From: Yuukianura sp. NJ FZ-2021
Lineage: Eukaryota
Length of the DNA: 64,000 bases
Reading direction: 5' to 3'
Assembly (NCBI GenBank): GCA_046563655.1
Contig: CM102285.1
Location: forward strand, 12,276,001 to 12,340,000
A model generated the notes under the pieces. The model was not told the origin of the DNA, did no database searches, and worked only from the letters and a program-made list of their open reading frames with translations. Made by a program: the position numbers and the translations under genes. Below, one piece after another: positions 1 through 12,426 of the stretch; within the stretch, counting starts at the first letter, position 1; every line of letters starts with the position of its first letter.

Positions 1-136
1 GGTAAATGAGTGGCATTCATTGTTCATGGACTGAGAGTTGAATATGTCCAGAGTTCAATGGTAACGTCGACAAGGTTGTTATTTAGAAGGTTTCGGTTTG
101 AGGTCAAAGGTCACGATCACTTTGGAGCTACAGAAA

Positions 137-1131
137 ATGTTAAAGTTTGTAGCCGCTGGAATATTTTTGTGCCTTCTGGCTGCCATCATACAGGGTAAGA
201 ATTTTAGCTCATCGTTTCCACGGAGGGAGTTAGTTAACCTTACCATTATGCTAACTTGCTACTTGCCAACGCTACTTGCTACTTATTATTGCTAATACAT
301 CTTTGTTAATTAGTAATCATGAAGGCAAATTAATAGTTAAGTTAACGATTTTTGAGTAAAGATGAAACGTTAATACTTTTTTCAGGGACGGAGTCTCTCA
401 AGTGCTACAAGTGTCTTAGCTTGGACTGTCCCGAAGGTGGCTTCGGAGAAAAGAACGAAAGACTGTGCCAATCCGTCCGCAGCTTTATCATAACCTCGAT
501 TAACCAATTTTACGAAGTAGGAGTTGCCGGGTACATCGGAGTTTGTCCAGCAAGGGAAGAGACACTTCAATGGACTCTGTTGCAACAGAATCCAACTTCG
601 GAGTGCTCAGAAATCCGGGAAGGAGCGACATGTTCCTTAGGCAGACTTCAAATCCTGACTGGCGGAAGTACTGAGGAACCAGTCGTATCTCATGCAACTA
701 TTCTTGGATGCTTGAAACCAGCTCTTTTGTATCACATGAAGAAGGCAGCACCCAGTAGCAGTGCAATGGCGTGCAGCATTTACAGACAAAATAATACTGG
801 AGCAGCACAGGCCCATTTTGTCCATCACTTGATGCTGGAAAACTGTCCGAAAGCTACTGACTACTGCAATGTCAAGAACTTTTGTGTTCCTTTTGAAGAG
901 AGCGTAGTCAGAGTGTTTCATAGTCGGAAGGTGGATCATTCCTTTGAAAATGGACTGATCATTGGCATAATTGCGCTCATCGTGGTCCTTGTTCTGGTGG
1001 CTTATATTAGTGGAACTTGCGTGAATCCGCTAAGTCGCAGCTCAAATTACACTCCAGCGGTCATGGTCAGAACTGATGAAGAAAATAGTCCTGCAGTGGA
1101 ACTGGATGCCAAAACGAACGTCATTGATTAA
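137..1131 (+). CDS. Cys-rich Ly6/three-finger-like type I membrane protein (exons 137-194, 386-1131)
   Basis: Signal-peptide exon MLKFVAAGIFLCLLAAIIQ ends at gtaag and joins in phase 1 at ttcag to GTESLKCYKC. About 12 Cys including DYCN, then TM segment GLIIGIIALIVVLVLVAYI and a short tail. Confidence 0.7.
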
Positions 1132-1147
1132 CCAATTTAACTTAAGG

Positions 1148-1222
1148 AAATACTTGGATACTTGGTGAAATGTTAACCAAAATACTTGGATACTTGGTGA
1201 AATGTTAACCAAAATACTTGGA
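1148..1222. repeat. 32-bp tandem direct repeat (~2.3 copies) between convergent 3' ends
   Basis: aaatacttggatacttggtgaaatgttaacca occurs twice, followed by a partial copy. Confidence 0.85.
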
Positions 1223-1308
1223 TCCTAATTGCAGTCAGAGCAGCAGACTTTGTTACCAGATTTACATTAAGTTATTTAATAAAATTGGTTTAATTTTTGT
1301 AACTTTTG

Positions 1309-2682
1309 CTACCTCTCTTCTAAGAGGTCAAAGTTTTTCACTGTGAGGTCAATCCGTTTCACTTTGAATGTAGAAAGGTTAGAATGCTTAAAGTTCTTCC
1401 AGACGTGTGCTTGAATTTGATTCGCAGATAAGAAGGATACTTCCGGAACTCTGATGCCTTCTGTTGGTTGATCTTCCAGCTTGATTGAAACTGTTACAAC
1501 CCTGGAACGTCGCCGGTTCCAGTTGATTTCTTCTTCAATCCGGGTCACCAGCTCTTCACATAATCCTTCAAGGTCATCTTGGAGATCAGTGGCAGTCAAG
1601 GTAGATTCTTCTAAAATTGGAAAATATTCTACACTTTTGGCCATAATTTTTTGAAAATCTTACTTTTAGATCTAAAACTTACTTGGATACTGCTTGGCGA
1701 CATTGATGCTGCTGAAGTATGTCAACTGCGTCACTTTCGCGGAACAACATCCCTGACAAGTACTCAAAAACGCCAGTGCTTGGTCAGGCGAAACCGTTCC
1801 ATTTTCAACTGCGTCGATTGTGTCAACAGTAGCTGCTCCAAGGTCAGCCATCGTTTTGAACTGCTTGGACAAAATCTCTCCAGCTTTTCCACCCAATCCA
1901 GGAACAGAAGTCAACGGAATCTTGTCAGCAATATTCTGGAATCCTTCTTCGTTTGCCACAATCGTCAATCCCGCTGGTTTTCCAAATCCACAAGCCAGTT
2001 TTGCTACTAACTTGTTGTATCCGACGCCCACCGAAGCATGGACGCCAAGATCTTCCCGGATCTTGGTCAGCAGAGCAGACGCCATGACGGCTCCATGGAA
2101 TAATGCTTGCTCTTCTTTGGTCAAATCCTGAATTTGGTCAGCATAAAAAAATTCACCGGTGGATTTTGGCTGGAATGTTGTTTTTGGCCAGAGATGTTGA
2201 TACTTTGGCAGTTCTGGTCCCGTGACCTTTCGGTAAACTTCGTCCGTAAGGTCAACATAGAATTCGTCACAAGATGACATCTCTACTGGAGATGCTGGAA
2301 ACAGTTCTTGAATGGATTGGATTATCTGGTGTGTCAGAGCACGGCGTCCAGTGTAGTCGGGTTTCCCCGTCTTCAGAACCGGAAAACTCAAGAATCTGAT
2401 CGCTGGACATTTGACCATCGCTGATTCCACGGTGTCATTTCTGGAGATTCCAAATTTTTTAGCTGCTGAATTCAAAGATGTGATGCTAAACAAAAAAAAA
2501 TACTTCCAATTTTTAACAAACCGCTTAATCGCTGCAGAGTTCAAAAACGCAACTTACGTTCCCCAGCGATCTCCCACCATTCTTGGTTCATCTTCATCAT
2601 GCGGAATACCTGCCACTTTTTCGCAGATTTGCAAATCAAAACTGTCGACATCGATTAACAGAATGCAGTCGGTGGTCTGCAT
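1309..2682 (-). CDS. Divergent Y-family DNA polymerase, Pol eta-like catalytic core only (~415 aa; exons 2682-2558, 2485-1683, 1628-1309)
   Basis: Motifs ILLIDVDSF, KCP, GKPDYTGRR, SCDEFYVD, SVGVGYNKLVAKLACGFGKP and VPGLGGKAG match Y-family/Pol eta motifs. Both GT-AG introns keep the frame. The C-terminal exon resembles a little-finger domain. Confidence 0.85.
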
Positions 2683-4523
2683 TGTTTCTTCTCGTGTTTG
2701 TCAAAATTTGCAAAACTTTTGAATCCACGACTTAGTTTGAATGGTAAACTTTTGGCAGAATTTTTTCTGATGACCTTTACGTTATTATAGGGGAAAAAAA
2801 TTGCACAACTTTTTTGCACATGAGTTTATTGGCCTAAAGAATCCGGAACCCGGCTTACCGTTATGCTGTAAAACTCGCCGCAAACTTTTTGCCAAAAAAC
2901 GAAGGCCGTTGACGCTTCAACGGAAACTGAACAAGTGAAAGTGGGAGAACTCTTGGAATGGGAGAAATTCATGATTAATCGCTTACGTAATTCCGCATGG
3001 GTATGACGTAAAACGTTTTTAAACACGAAACTGAAACGTTTGCGAAAATTTATGATGCATCAAACATAACATTAACTTAAGCAGCCAAACCTGTGTTGTC
3101 TGAAGTGCTTTTCAAAGATCATTTAGATTTCTACTGGTAATCTCAAAGTGACCACTCTTCCGCCTCCCACTGCTTAAATGACTTAAAGATAATGACACTT
3201 TATTTTTGGTAATCAATTAACTTTCAGGATTTCATGTTAAATGTAATGTTGCTTTTAACGCAAGACTTGCTAAGTGAATTTACTTTACAAAAAAAAAACT
3301 GTAGGTGTCAAAAAATTGTCATTTTAATTAGAAAGCGAAAATGCAAATATGTTAAACTTTCACTTTTACGACAAAGACGTCTACGCATCATTAAAGACAT
3401 TTTGGTTTTTGACAACTTTTGACTTTGATATACACTTTTAACTTCGTATATACAATTAAACGACACAAGACAACGTTTTGGATTCAATTATGTAATTAAC
3501 GACCCTAAGCTTTAATTAACTTTGTAATTTGTAAATTTCACCTACTCTTGCACTGCTAGTAGCACAAGAATAATTTGTGTATGGTAAATCGTTTTAAAAT
3601 GTTAGTTGTAAGTAACGAGTAATGTGAAAACAATTTTGCACTGATTAATTGGAACTTGTTTTAAAAAGTGCTGCTCGTTTTTCAAAGTTTTGAAAAGAGT
3701 TGTGCCATTTATAAGTTATTTTCTTGCGCTAAATAAACTCAATCTATTGTTTCAGTTTTTTTTTATCAATTTTTGCTTTGAACAATTTTTTTTAAAATCA
3801 GTCCATATTCGCTGAAAGAAGACAAATGAAAAATGAAATTATTTATTTTTTATTAATTCATAATAAAAATTAATTCATTTTGAATAATTTACATTACACT
3901 TGTCGCAGAGATTCTAAAAACTGGCAATTAATTACAAAAAATAAGACAAATCCCACTATGAAACCTTGAACCTTAACCTACGCTTACATTTAAAAAGAAA
4001 ATTAAAATTAAAATTTCGTGTAGAATCTTTCTGGATAGATTTTGAAATTATACTTTTTAAATAATTTACAATTAAATTGTAACTTATTTAATTAAAAACT
4101 ATTATTTCAAGTCTACTTATTCCAACTTTCACTTTAAAAAAAAGTTGGAAAGGACAAAATTATGAACCTGAAAACACTTTTGTTGTGCACACAAGAAAGT
4201 AAACACGTTTTCTTGTAACACACGAAAAAAAAATGGTACGCAAACTAAGCATTGTAGTTTACTTTTTTTTTATACTTAAATCATTCTGATTTATATTTTG
4301 AAAACGAAGATGTTCCTGCCTACTTAATTGCTCCCTCTTCTGATTGTCATCTTCAATTACAAAGGACGCAAAAAATTTCAATTATTGTCGTGGTCATTAT
4401 ACCTGTTGAGGAAAATTTAGAAAGTAAAATTTTATGTGACAATTTCGCAAATTAGTGTAAAAATGATTATTACTTACCGTTTTGAATTGGAGTTTTTTTT
4501 AGTTCTTTTGTGGCTTTTGAGTT

Positions 4524-6036
4524 TTAGTAGGAATATGGATATGATCCGGGTACTTGGCCATGTCCCATTGGTGGATATGCGGCGACATAACCATGTCCGT
4601 ACCCTGCTGCTGGAGCGTAAGCGTACGCACCTTGTTTCGATGGGTGAACTATAAAAAAGTTACAAAATGGAAAATTGAAAATAGTTTTTCCAAATGGGAT
4701 TTCAAAATGTTGATTTTTGAAATTTTGAAAACGAACCTGTCATGAGATACTGCTGCTGCTGGTACATCGTATCATTTTCTTTGTAGAGACAACTGGCAGC
4801 AGTTGCAAATAATATGGCAGAAGTAAGGCTGAAGCCGACAGACAACCAGGCGATGTAAAACGACCAATCCAGAATCAGCGTCGAAGATTTTTTCAATTCC
4901 TGGAATTTTAACACATTTTGTAAAAATTTCTAACATTTTGTAAAAATTTCTTAAAAATGGTACTTACGGCTGCCCATCCCTTGAAGTACTCATCTCCAGT
5001 TAGCTTTTCCGTTTCGTAATACTCCACTCCATGCCACAATCCCATTCCTCCAGCGCTCATCAAACCTGAAACCAAAAGTTTGATCAAAATTTTGCAAAAT
5101 TCATTTTTCTAAATTCAGTTTTTGTTTTCAAAACTTACAGGCCACGAGCATGAGAATTGCCGTTGTGGTGATGTTTCCGCTAGATCGCTTCCAGCATCCG
5201 CTGACTCCGGTCCAGAACGAAATGAAGATGAACAGAAATGCGATGATGAAGAGAGCAATCATTCCGCGTGACATGTCTAAAAAATGTAAAATGTACAAAT
5301 TCAAAATTTTCTAGTTTGAGTCAGAGGTCAAGAGGTCAACTTACGGAGTTTGATGATTTCGTCGTTGCTGAACTCACTGACGGCGTCATTTTCGTCTGGA
5401 ATGAAATAGTCGATGTTCCTGCAGTAAGTTTCGACTGGTGACAAGTACAGAGGCACTTTGCTCGGTCGGTCATTCGGAAAACAAACTCGGAACAGCCCTT
5501 TGGTACGCGTAAAGTAAAGTTCCTTTGCATCAAGCTCTTGACCTACCGACGATGATGGATCCACCATAGACTAAATTTTCAAAAAATTAAAATTTCAACT
5601 ACATCCAGTATGTCTAATTTCAAAAATATCATTTTTCTAATAAATAAATAAAAATGTCTAAATTTTCATATCCGAAAAACTATTCCTTCTCCTTCTTCGA
5701 ACTGCTTAGAAAATTTTGTTTGACTTGGGTTTTTTGTTTTTATTTTCAAACGGCGTTGAACTCCATAACTTTTTGTCAAATTTTTCAATTTCTGTTCTCG
5801 AAAATCTTCTCAAAAATTTAGGCTTACATTAATTTAATGTTAAGTAATAGCAATTAATTGATTACTCTAATAGTAAACTACAATTTGCAACTAAGCCAAT
5901 GCTTACTTACCTTTAGCTTGTCTCTCTTAACGTCAATCCGTAGCCAGTTGTCAGTGGAGAAGGCAATTGCAAGGAGCGCCACTGCAAAAACGGCACATAT
6001 TGTGGCCAGAGACAGAGTCACTGCTGAACACGGCAT
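4524..6036 (-). CDS. Claudin/PMP22-superfamily tetraspan membrane protein (multi-exon)
   Basis: MPCSAVTLSLATICAVFAVALLAIAFSTDNW, GLFRVC claudin loop signature, further TM exons, WSFYIAW before TM4, and a Tyr/Pro/Gly-rich tail ending YPYSY*. Confidence 0.85.
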
Positions 6037-7924
6037 TTTGAAGTTCAAAATTTCAGAAAAACTAACTTTCCAAAAGAATTTCTAAAAATTTAAACTTCTA
6101 GCTCCACTAGCACTTTCTAAAAGTTCTAAAATCTAAGAGGAAGATGGTGATTGTTCAGGATGATGAGAGCCTCATTCCTCTTCCGTATTGTCCTTGGAGG
6201 TTAGAAATCTGTCTTAATGCCTTGGAGCTCTTGTAGTTTGACGGGATGAAATGACCTTTTTAAGAGGCAAGACAGATTCAATCCCCCTACACTGTACATG
6301 CACATACCGTAGTTACTCCATCTTAACTTCATAGGCATTTCTCAGCCGTAAGTTTCTTCCGCTACTTTCAGTGCAAAGTGCATTCCATTGGGAGATGAAG
6401 GGGGATCAACAATGGCCTAAGGAAAAAAATAACAATAGCAACCTGTTTCTGTAAGTGAATGGAGGAGGCTGTTCATAGCCCTTACCACCTCAAAACCTTA
6501 TTTCCAAAATTCCTTAAGAACCACTTAGGAAAAAGTTTTGTATGAATTTGTACAGAGAGAGTCAAGTAAGAGCGTCTTCACCGGAAGTGAAATGTCGTCG
6601 CGGGAAATTTAGTCATTCCTAAGCGATGAATTTTGAAACTACCCGAAATCACTTATACGTCCAACCGAACTAACTTAATCAGGATACTTTTTTTTGAAGA
6701 ATTAGCTAATTAGCTTGTCCTGATCTAAACCTCGAACAATTCAGGTTTCACCTACCGTGTCAGGATTGAAATTTTACACGATATTTGGCTGAGCTAAATT
6801 CTAAATTTGCAAAACCTCATATAAGACGTAATACCTACATACAGTACTAATGCGACCCATAAATAAAATTTTGAATTGATATCAGATCACAAAAAAAAAC
6901 ACCAAATTAGCAAAACCAAACAAAAAGTTTCAAAAATTGAACAATTCTATTCCATGATGGGAGCCAAATAGCTTTGTTACAATTTACCTCAACGGTTTTT
7001 GTAAAATAAAAATTAGTGAGCGTTTTTGAACATGTACTCTGTATGAAATACCTTGTTACTTCCTTAACTGAAGAAGATGCACGGGGATCTTCTTCTTTAA
7101 TGCCTAAGGTAGCATTGCATTCATCTTTAGAAGATTCAAATAGTCATATCCTGTCCCCGCATTTTGAATCAGGGTGACCAACATGGAGGCACCATCAACA
7201 GGCTACTCACGATTTCCTCCCTTACTTTGAAATCAATTAGGACACAGAATCTTCATCTTTGTTTCACAGATCAACGGGAAACAATCACCCTATCCTTATG
7301 CATCACCACCATACACTAACATTTACACACAAGAAGATTTTAACTTAACATTTCAGAAGCCTAACACTTTGCTTACCCGCAATGTCTTGCTCAAAGTGGA
7401 AGAATTGGAAATTGAAACGGCATTTTCAACTTAACTTTTCAGCCAACTCCTCCCGTTTCTTTCAAATGTTCTTTTCAACAATTAAGTTTAAACATAATGA
7501 TAGTTGTACAATTTTATGACATGCATGTGTCATTTGACTTGGCATTTCCTACACCAGTATGTCTTGATGCTTCACACGCACACCGGTTTCACACTAAAAA
7601 TCAAAATCAAAACCTGACGTGACAAATCAATTGACTCATAGCACTAAATTCCAAACTTAAGCTGTGGTTATGTTTGACCTTTCCAATTTTGCCAAGAAAA
7701 AATCACTTATGAGGAAAACCGCAAACATTTTAGACTTTGAGTACACAAGAATTTATGGCAGTTCCTGAATCCTGAAGCGTCGTAATAATTTCTAGAAGGT
7801 TTCTGAAATGAAAGTTTAGGGAACATAAATTTTTGCGAATTCATTCACTTTCAAACTAAAAGTTTAAACTTGAAGTTAGGTTAGTTAGTTAGTTAAGTTG
7901 ATTTTCAAGTTCAGATTCTTAGCA

Positions 7925-8836
7925 ATGAGCAAATTGCAGAAGATCTTTGTGTCTCTTGTTATATTAATTTTGGGAATTTTGAAAAGTAAGTTACACTTTT
8001 TGAAACTTTTCTGAAGACTTACCGTGTTCCGTGAACCGTTGCCTTCCTTTGTATACAATTTACGTAATTTGACAAGAAACTTCATTTTAGGCACAACGAG
8101 TCTCAATTGTTACAAATGCTACCGAGTTGAAGACTGTCCACTGAAAAATTGCTCTGCCTTTTACGGCCTACTTGACACGACCTACCGAGACCACTTTTTA
8201 CTCGAAAAAGACCAAACACTTCCTCTATGTCCACAAAATATCTCCGATGATTCGCTTTGGCGTAAACTGGAAGTGGATGGAACCTGTGGCCGCGGCAGTC
8301 TTTGGAATCAGCCATGCGCAGTATCTGATTTCCAAGTGTCCGGAGTATCCTTGAAAAAGAAGACGTTACATGGAGTGTTCCTTGGATGTCCAAGGGAGAC
8401 TCTCGTTGGATCATTACTTAAACCCGCCAGTGGTCCAATCAAAAGAAGTTACCGATGTGTCACTCGTAGAACGGAGACAATTGACTACGAAGATGGAATT
8501 GTAGATGGGCGACATAGGTTCGTCGACCTCCGGTTGGCCCTGACACTCTGCACGTCCAATTGCTCCTTGACCCCTTGGAAATGCAATATTTGCTTTGGAG
8601 ATGGGTGTATCTGGAGCAACAACACCTTGATTAGAAGACTTGATGATGACGTTGATACGGATCGGTTGATTAATTGGGCATTGTTGGCCTTAGCGGTAAT
8701 CGTTGTGCTGACATTTCTTCTAGCAACGTACTGTGGAATGGAAAAAATAGGACGATTGGATTTGATCATTTCAGAAGACGGAACTATCTATGCCTACCAG
8801 TCACTGATTACTGGAATGGAGTCAAAAGTTAACTAG
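7925..8836 (+). CDS. Second Cys-rich Ly6/three-finger-like type I membrane protein (exons 7925-7985, 8091-8836)
   Basis: Signal-peptide exon MSKLQKIFVSLVILILGILK with a phase-1 intron, then STTSLNCYKC, many Cys and TM WALLALAVIVVLTFLLATYC. Same architecture as 137-1131. Confidence 0.7.
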
Positions 8837-9686
8837 TGATCAGTTGTACCTTGTCAATTCACAATTACTATAAGAATTAATTAATTTCATTTAAATTGAG
8901 GTCAAAAGGTCAACTTCTTTGCTGTTGGAGTTTGGATGTGATAAGGGTGCAGTTTCAGCGTCTCTCATTTTGTACAAAGCGGGAACTTCATATTGTTTTT
9001 TTTTAACCACGTGGGAGAACACAATAAAAAGTAAACAAAAATCAGGTGATTGCAGGCAATCGTTTTGATTGTCAAACTTTATTGTTAATTTTAATGTTAA
9101 ATTTTGTTAACAGTTTGGGTCACGAACAAGAAGCAAGTGAAACTATAAGTTTATAAGTAATTGACCTTTGTCTATTATTAGCATAGTATCTTCATCTCTT
9201 CCAACAATCAATTGTCAAGAGATTTCGTTTCCTCGTGCTGCTGTTGGGTTGGGACACATGACACAAGTAAGCCGTACAGTTACACTTTTACACAACGATA
9301 TCCTACTCTCTTGATTTGATCCTGGAAATAGTTAAATACCATTTGCGCCTTGGTGGGAGTATGGAAATTTAACAGGCCATTTAAGTTACAACAGCTTTCA
9401 CAAGGTCATGATCTTTTTCTTTACTTACAGCATTGACACTTTTACGCAATTTTAATCTAATCTCTGTATGGTCCTCTCCGTCTCCACCTCTCCTACTGGT
9501 TGTCTCTTAAAGACTCTTGTCTCTGGAACTGGCAGTTCTTCTTACTCGAGATTTCAGCTGGTGAAGATAGGCTTCTTGCAGGATCACTCTAAATTTTAAC
9601 CGGTACTTTTCACTATTGTAATTACTACAACTAATAATTGATATTTTCAGGTTGTTAATTTAGAATTTGGTATTTCAGCTTTCAAA

Positions 9687-11687
9687 ATGTCCGTTCTGTC
9701 AAGTTTTCCTGGAGAATCGGAAGCGAAGTTGAAGTATCACAGTGAAGGAACCTACCGGTCACCGCTGAGTACACGATATGCCTCTGATGAAATGCTGTAC
9801 AACTGGAGTGATCTCAAGAAGTTCTCAACTTGGAGAAAACTCTGGGTGATTTTGGCTAAAAATGAAATGGTAAGACACCGTTGTGATTTATATTTTATAA
9901 GTGAATCGGTCATGGATTTTGTCTGAATTTGAATTTAAAAAATGTTTCAGGTCCTAGGTCAAGACATTCGACAATCTCAAATCGATGAAATGTCAGCCAA
10001 TATTTACAACATTGATTTCAAAATGGCTGCCGAAGAGGAACGCAAAGTCCGCCATGATGTGATGGCTCATGTTCATACTTTTGGACACTGCTGTCCATCT
10101 GCAGCGCCAATCATTCATCTTGGAGCGACGAGTTGTTTTGTCGCTGACAATACGGTATGAATTGCGAATTATTTTTTCATCTTTGTTGAAAACCGCACAG
10201 GCATTTCAAATTTCCATATTCTCAGGATCTGATTGTTATTCGTGATGGACTTCAAATCTTGTTGCCAAAATTGGCTAGATGCATTGACCGTCTGTCAAAG
10301 TTCGCCAAGGAGAATAAAGATTTGCCAGTTCTGGGATTCACTCATTTGCAGTAAGAATATTTTCGAGAGATGAAGAAAATTCCCAAACATTTAACCCCGA
10401 ATTCACTTTTAGGCCAGCACAACTAACAACTCTCGGAAAGCGTGCAACACTTTGGGTCCAGGATTTGCTTTTCGATGAACGAAACATCTCCAGAGCAATC
10501 ACTGATTTACGCTTCCGTGGTGTAAAGGGAACCACGGGTACTCAAGCCAGTTTCCTTCAACTTTTCAACAATGACCACGAGAAGGTCAAAGCCTTGGATA
10601 AGATGGTGACAAAAGATTCTGGATTTGAGAAAACTTACGGCGTCACTGGTCAAACCTACAGCCGTCGTGTTGATGTTGACATTCTTAACGCTGTTGCTGG
10701 ATTGGGTGCCAGTACTCATAAGGTAGCTCAATAGTCAATACATATCTACACAAAATTAAATCGTAAATCATAAATTCTAATTTTTTACAGATCTGCACTG
10801 ATATCCGGCTTTTGGCCAACATGAAAGAACTTGAAGAACCGTTTGAGAAGTCACAGATTGGATCTTCTGCGATGGCCTACAAACGAAATCCCATGCGCAG
10901 TGAACGAGTAACTATTTTTTATTCTTCTTGATTTCATTTTCGAAATTCAAAGATTCAATGCTTACATTTCATTGTTTCATTGCTTAGGTTTGCTCTTTGG
11001 CTCGACACTTGACTACGCTTACCACAAATGCCTATGCAACTGCGTCAACTCAGTGGCTGGAACGTACATTGGACGACTCTGCCAATCGAAGAATAACCTT
11101 ATCCGAAGCCTTCCTCACTGCTGATGCTATTTTGCAAACCTTGCAAAACATCTTTGAAGGTCTTGTTCCATATCCGCAAATCATCAACAGGAGAATTGGA
11201 TACGAACTTCCGTTCATGGCTACTGAAAATATCATCATGGCTATGTGCAAGAAGGGCGGAGATCGACAGGTACTTAACACTCTAAAATAAGACTTCAGTT
11301 TCTTCTCAATTGCAAAGGATTAAAATTAAAATTCTGCTTTATTAGGAATGTCACGAAGAAATTCGCGTCTTGTCCCACCAAGCTGCTAAAGTTGTCAAGG
11401 AGGAAGGCAAGGACAACGACTTGGTTGAACGAATTCGTAATACTGAATACTTTAAACCAATTTGGAACGATTTGGCGACCTTGTTGGATCCCAAGAGCTT
11501 TATCGGCAGAGCTCCAGAACAAGTAAGATTTGGCTCAAAGTTGTATTTTAGTCTGACTTAATTTGGTTGTGTTAAACTAATGGTTGTCACAAAACATTAG
11601 GTAACGGAGTTCGTCAGTGAGGAAGTCGAACCTATCCTAGCCAAGTATAAGGATGTGCTTGACGGCAAAGTTGAGCTAAAGATTTAA
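9687..11687 (+). CDS. AdSL: Adenylosuccinate lyase (multi-exon)
   Basis: [65 protein letters not shown] and [14 protein letters not shown], with canonical introns. Confidence 0.97.
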
Positions 11688-12426
11688 TTTGCAATTGACA
11701 GTGATCAGACAATTTTAGCAATTCACAGTGATCAGCAGCAAGTAAAGCTAAAAGTATCAGCACAATTTTTAGTTTCGACGAAACGAGGGCGGATCTGGCA
11801 CTTATTGAAGTTGGTCCGGATAAAATCGTTTGATTTTTGGAATGGCGTAATGTTTACTGACGAGTTTATCATTCGTCGGCTTATAATTCATTTGCCGTCA
11901 TTCGTAGATTTTTTGTTTGCTTAGTAATTAGCAGATACGTTAAAACGTTACCAAATTCGAGTTAAATCGATCTGGCTGGCTGTCCAGATTCTGCTTCTAT
12001 AATTGTCTGTACCAATTTCGTTATGAAATTTCTCAGTTAGAAAAAATTATGGGGCGGCGTTTTTGAGCAGGTAGGAAGATCGAAGTGCAAAAACAAAACA
12101 AACACGAAAATCATGCTAAAAAAAGAGATAAAAGCAAGACATAAAAAGATGAATCGAATTTGAAGATGACACAAACGTTTTAAATACAAGTGACGAGACG
12201 AGGCTTGCTAGTAAGTTAGATCTAAACCGGTAAACGAAGACAACAAAAACGGTAGGTATGTAAACTCTTTATCCATCGCGTCAAATGTTAATTTTGAGAA
12301 CAAATTACGCGTATTGACATCACAGGTTAGTTAGTACCGTACAAAGCGAATGTCGCCTGACATTTGTACAATCTTTATTACAACAGTATAGGTTTTGATA
12401 AACGTATGTTCATGTTGCTTTTAAGA

